Assembly: GCA_937935995.1 (NCBI GenBank)
Contig: CALGXF010000011.1
Coordinates: 246-64,245, forward strand
DNA from: an uncultured Alphaproteobacteria bacterium
Lineage (GTDB): Bacteria; Pseudomonadota; Alphaproteobacteria; CAAHEQ01; UBA3637
Direction of reading: 5' to 3'
DNA length: 64,000 nt
Numbering within the stretch: position 1 is the first letter of the stretch; each line of letters begins with the position of its first letter. Positions 61,019-64,000 of the stretch are shown here, piece after piece. The notes beneath the pieces were generated by a model, which made no database searches, had not been told where the DNA came from, and was given only the letters and a program-made list of their open reading frames with translations. Position numbers and translations under genes: made by a program.

Positions 61019-62404
61019 ATGTTTCATACACTCACCGACCGTTTGGGTCAGATTTTAAACAAAATTAAAGGTCGCGGCATTCTAACGCAGGAAATGGTCG
61101 ACGAAGCCATGCGCGAAATCAAAATCGCGTTGTTGGAAGCTGATGTGGCTTTGCCCGTTGTCAAATCGTTCATTCAAGATGTCAAAGAACAAGCCGTCGG
61201 TCAAAACATCATCAAATCCGTTCAACCGGCACAACAGGTTGTTAAAATTGTCAATGATGCTTTGGTCAAAACATTGGGCGATGACAACAGCGCTTTGAAT
61301 TTTTCACCTCTTTCCCCGACGGTGATTTTGATGGTCGGCTTGCAAGGTTCCGGCAAAACGACTTCTTCGGCTAAACTGGCCGTTCGCTTGAAAAAAGACG
61401 GTAAAAAAGTGTTGATGGCGTCTTTGGATATTTACCGGCCGGCGGCACAGGAACAATTAGCCGGTCTCGGAACACAAATCGGTGTAGACACGTTGCCGAT
61501 TATTGCCGGACAAAAACCGTTGGATATTACCAAGCGAGCGTTGGATGAGGCCAAAAAAGGCGCCTATGATGTCTTGATTTTGGATACCGCCGGCCGATTA
61601 CATGTCGATGATGACATGATGGATGAAGTCAAACAAGTTGCTGCCAAAGCAAACCCGACCGAAACATTGTTGGTAGTTGATTCTTTAACAGGACAAGATG
61701 CAGTTCATGTCGCGGACTCTTTCCATGCAGCGTTGCCATTAACCGGTGTTATTCTGACACGCGTCGACGGAGATGCGCGCGGTGGTGCTGCTTTGTCGAT
61801 GAAAGCCGTCACCGGTTGCCCGATTAAATTTTTAGGCGTGGGCGAAAAAACGGAAGCTTTGGAAGTATTTGATGCCAAACGCGTCGCCGGGCGGATTTTA
61901 GGCATGGGCGATGTGGTCGGATTAGTCGAAACCGCGATGGAAAAGATTAATCAGGAAGAAGCTCTTAAAACAGCCGAACGCATGATGAAAGGCCAATTTG
62001 ACATGAATGACATGTTGGGTCAATTGCAACAAATCAAAAACATGGGCGATGTCAAAGGCATCATGATGATGATACCCGGCATGGCTAAATTCCGCGAAAA
62101 AATTGAACAAGCCAACATTGATAACAGCATTTTTAAACGACAAGAAGCGATTATCTTGTCAATGACGCCGTTCGAACGGCGCCACCCGGATATCTTGAAA
62201 GCATCTCGCAAATTGCGGATTGCTAAAGGAGCCGGCGTAACTGTGAATGATGTGAACAAGCTCATGAAACAGTATGAACAAATGGCGCAAGCCATGAAAA
62301 AATTCAAGAAAATGGGACCGCTGGGTTCTCTTTCAGCAATGAAAGGGTTATTTGGCGGAAACCCCTTGATGAACAAAGGGGGATTTCCTCCTTTTAACAT
62401 GTAA
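61019..62404 (+). CDS. ffh: Signal recognition particle protein Ffh
   Basis: SRP54 N and G domains (GLQGSGKTT, DTAGR) and a Met-rich M domain. Confidence 0.95.
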   Translation: MFHTLTDRLGQILNKIKGRGILTQEMVDEAMREIKIALLEADVALPVVKSFIQDVKEQAVGQNIIKSVQPAQQVVKIVNDALVKTLGDDNSALNFSPLSPTVILMVGLQGSGKTTSSAKLAVRLKKDGKKVLMASLDIYRPAAQEQLAGLGTQIGVDTLPIIAGQKPLDITKRALDEAKKGAYDVLILDTAGRLHVDDDMMDEVKQVAAKANPTETLLVVDSLTGQDAVHVADSFHAALPLTGVILTRVDGDARGGAALSMKAVTGCPIKFLGVGEKTEALEVFDAKRVAGRILGMGDVVGLVETAMEKINQEEALKTAERMMKGQFDMNDMLGQLQQIKNMGDVKGIMMMIPGMAKFREKIEQANIDNSIFKRQEAIILSMTPFERRHPDILKASRKLRIAKGAGVTVNDVNKLMKQYEQMAQAMKKFKKMGPLGSLSAMKGLFGGNPLMNKGGFPPFNM

Positions 62405-62430
62405 CTAACTGAAACAAGAAAGGAAAATAG

Positions 62431-62916
62431 ATGTCAGTTCGTATTAGATTAGCTCGTGGCGGATCCAAAAAACGCCCTTTCCATAAAATCGTTGTTGCCG
62501 ACAGCCGCGCTCCGCGTGACGGTCGTTTCATCGAACAATTGGGATACTACAATCCGTTGGTTGCCAAAGACCATCCGGAACATTTAAAAGTTGATGTGGA
62601 AAAAGTTAAAGTTTGGCTGGGCAAAGGGGCTCAACCGACAGATCGTTTGACTCGCCTGTTTGCAACACTTGGTTTGGTTGAAGCGCCGGTTATTAAAACC
62701 AACGAACAACAACCGAAAAAATCGGCTCCGAAAGCAAAAGCGCAAGAACGCTTGAAAGAACAAGCCGAACGCGAAGCAGCCAAGAAAGAAGCGGAAGAAC
62801 AAGCAAAACGCGAAGCCGAAGAAGCTGCTAAAGCGGCTCAAGAAGAAGCCACGGCGGAAGAACCGGCTCCGGCTGCTGAAGAAGCACCGGCTGCTGAAAC
62901 ACCGGCAGAAGCTTAA
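62431..62916 (+). CDS. rpsP: 30S ribosomal protein S16 with Ala/Glu/Lys-rich C-terminal extension
   Basis: N-terminus [35 protein letters not shown] is canonical S16. A ~80-aa low-complexity tail follows. Confidence 0.9.
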   Translation: MSVRIRLARGGSKKRPFHKIVVADSRAPRDGRFIEQLGYYNPLVAKDHPEHLKVDVEKVKVWLGKGAQPTDRLTRLFATLGLVEAPVIKTNEQQPKKSAPKAKAQERLKEQAEREAAKKEAEEQAKREAEEAAKAAQEEATAEEPAPAAEEAPAAETPAEA

Positions 62917-62931
62917 TTCGGAATTGACGCC

Positions 62932-63438
62932 ATGACACGTTTGGTAAAAGTCGGTCAGATTGTTGCCCCGCACGGGATTAAAGGGATGGTGAAAATCAAC
63001 ACCTCTTTGGAAAACCCGCGTGCGCTGACACAATATGGGTCGATTTACACGCAAACGGGTCAATCGATGGCTGTTCGAATTGTTTCCGTCAAAGGAGAGC
63101 AAGTTATTGCGGCTCTTGACGGTATCTCGGACAGAAATGCGGCTGAAAACATGCGCGGAACACAGCTTTTTATCAACAGAGACAACTTGCCGCCGACTCA
63201 AGAAAAACAATATTATTATTGCGATTTGATGGGATTGACGGTTATGGACGAAAACAAAACCGTTATCGGAATGGTCAAGTCTGTTGAAAATTACGGTGCC
63301 AGCGATATCTTGGTCATTGAAACAAAAACAGGGTCTGACATTTTGGTTGCGTTTACGAATGAAACGGTTCCGACCGTGGATTTGGCAAACAAAACCATAA
63401 CTGTGATTATCCCTGATTTTGCAAAGGAGGAAGCATGA
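62932..63438 (+). CDS. rimM: Ribosome maturation factor RimM
   Basis: 168 aa. RimM N-terminal beta-barrel and PRC-barrel. Conserved ffh-rpsP-rimM-trmD order. Confidence 0.85.
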   Translation: MTRLVKVGQIVAPHGIKGMVKINTSLENPRALTQYGSIYTQTGQSMAVRIVSVKGEQVIAALDGISDRNAAENMRGTQLFINRDNLPPTQEKQYYYCDLMGLTVMDENKTVIGMVKSVENYGASDILVIETKTGSDILVAFTNETVPTVDLANKTITVIIPDFAKEEA

Positions 63439-64000
63439 ACATTACCTGTTTAACGCTTTTCCCTGAAATGTTCCCGGGATTTTTGGGTTATTCTTTGGCC
63501 GGCAAAGCCATGAAAGAAAACCTGTTCTCGTTAAAAGCCGTCAACATTCGCGATTACGCGACAGATGCTTATAAAACGGTAGATGATGTGCCTTTCGGCG
63601 GCAGTGCCGGCATGTTGATGAAAGCGGATGTTTTAGATGCGGCCATTCAAGCAAATTACGTTTCGGGACCTCTGATTTACATGTCCCCGCGCGGCAAGAC
63701 ATTGACTCAAAACCGCGTGGTTGAATTGGCTAAAGAAGAAAATCTGACAATCATCTGCGGACGGTTTGAAGGCATTGATGAACGGATTTTACAAAGCTGG
63801 CCGATTGAAGAAATCAGCATCGGTGATTTTGTCTTATCCGGTGGAGAGCCGGCAGCGTTAACAATGCTGGATGCGGTGATTCGATACATTCCGCATGTAT
63901 TGGGAAATGTCGATTCTTTATCGGAAGAAAGCTTTGCCAACGGCTTGTTGGAATACCCGCAATATACGCGCCCGCAAGTTTGGAACGGCTTATCGGTTCC
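63435..64000 (+). CDS. trmD: tRNA (guanine37-N1)-methyltransferase TrmD (partial, runs off window end)
   Basis: ATGA overlap with rimM. N-terminus MNITCLTLFPEMFPGFLGYSLAGKA. SPOUT knot motifs ICGRFEGIDER and LSGGE are present. Confidence 0.85.
   Translation, partial: MNITCLTLFPEMFPGFLGYSLAGKAMKENLFSLKAVNIRDYATDAYKTVDDVPFGGSAGMLMKADVLDAAIQANYVSGPLIYMSPRGKTLTQNRVVELAKEENLTIICGRFEGIDERILQSWPIEEISIGDFVLSGGEPAALTMLDAVIRYIPHVLGNVDSLSEESFANGLLEYPQYTRPQVWNGLSV

Overview
This window reads as an Alphaproteobacteria-like chromosomal segment with a GC content around 45%. The lineage call rests on murB sitting between murC and ddl, a split F1 ATP-synthase operon of the atpH-A-G-D-C type, an IalB-family protein, a long FtsZ C-terminal linker and an S16 tail extension.

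The first 16.5 kb is a tightly packed division and cell wall (dcw) cluster: mraZ-rsmH-ftsL-ftsI-murE/F-mraY-ftsW-murG-murC-murB-ddl-ftsQ-ftsA-ftsZ. It has two oddities. murE and murF are fused in one frame, and murD is absent between mraY and ftsW. rsmB, a hypothetical gene, ialB-like and rlmN follow.

Next comes a small type IV pilin gene with a near-consensus promoter. After it is the F1 ATP synthase operon read on the minus strand (atpC, atpD, atpG, atpA). The atpH (delta) reading frame is cut down to its C-terminal domain and runs in frame into atpA.

The central accessory block, about 28.2 to 46.9 kb, is the main candidate for the undescribed system. It is an R64 thin-pilus / Bfp / Tcp-like type IVb pilus assembly operon. 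Its parts are a lipoprotein secretin, a PilL/TcpQ-like lipoprotein, two bitopic or periplasmic assembly proteins, a GspE-family ATPase with a tetracysteine motif and a GspF-family platform protein. With it sit unusually large (about 470 and 570 aa) cysteine-rich, Gly/Ser-linked pilin-like proteins carrying class III prepilin leaders, and a separately encoded lectin-like secreted domain. Divergently adjacent is an orphan conjugative-type trio VirB2 (pilin) - VirB3 - VirB4 (ATPase) with no other T4SS genes nearby.

Two paralogous giant-pilin genes, at 32.0-33.4 kb and 59.4-60.8 kb, each carry a G12 homopolymeric tract in the promoter spacer region. This is a likely slipped-strand phase-variation switch.

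The rest of the window is housekeeping: tsaC, murA, dtd, pepA, a HAD hydrolase, mrcA, prfB with its conserved +1 programmed frameshift site, a DUF47 (PhoU-like) protein plus a PiT transporter, an AsmA/YhdP-like protein, and ffh-rpsP-rimM-trmD. No rRNA, tRNA, CRISPR array, transposase or integrase was seen.
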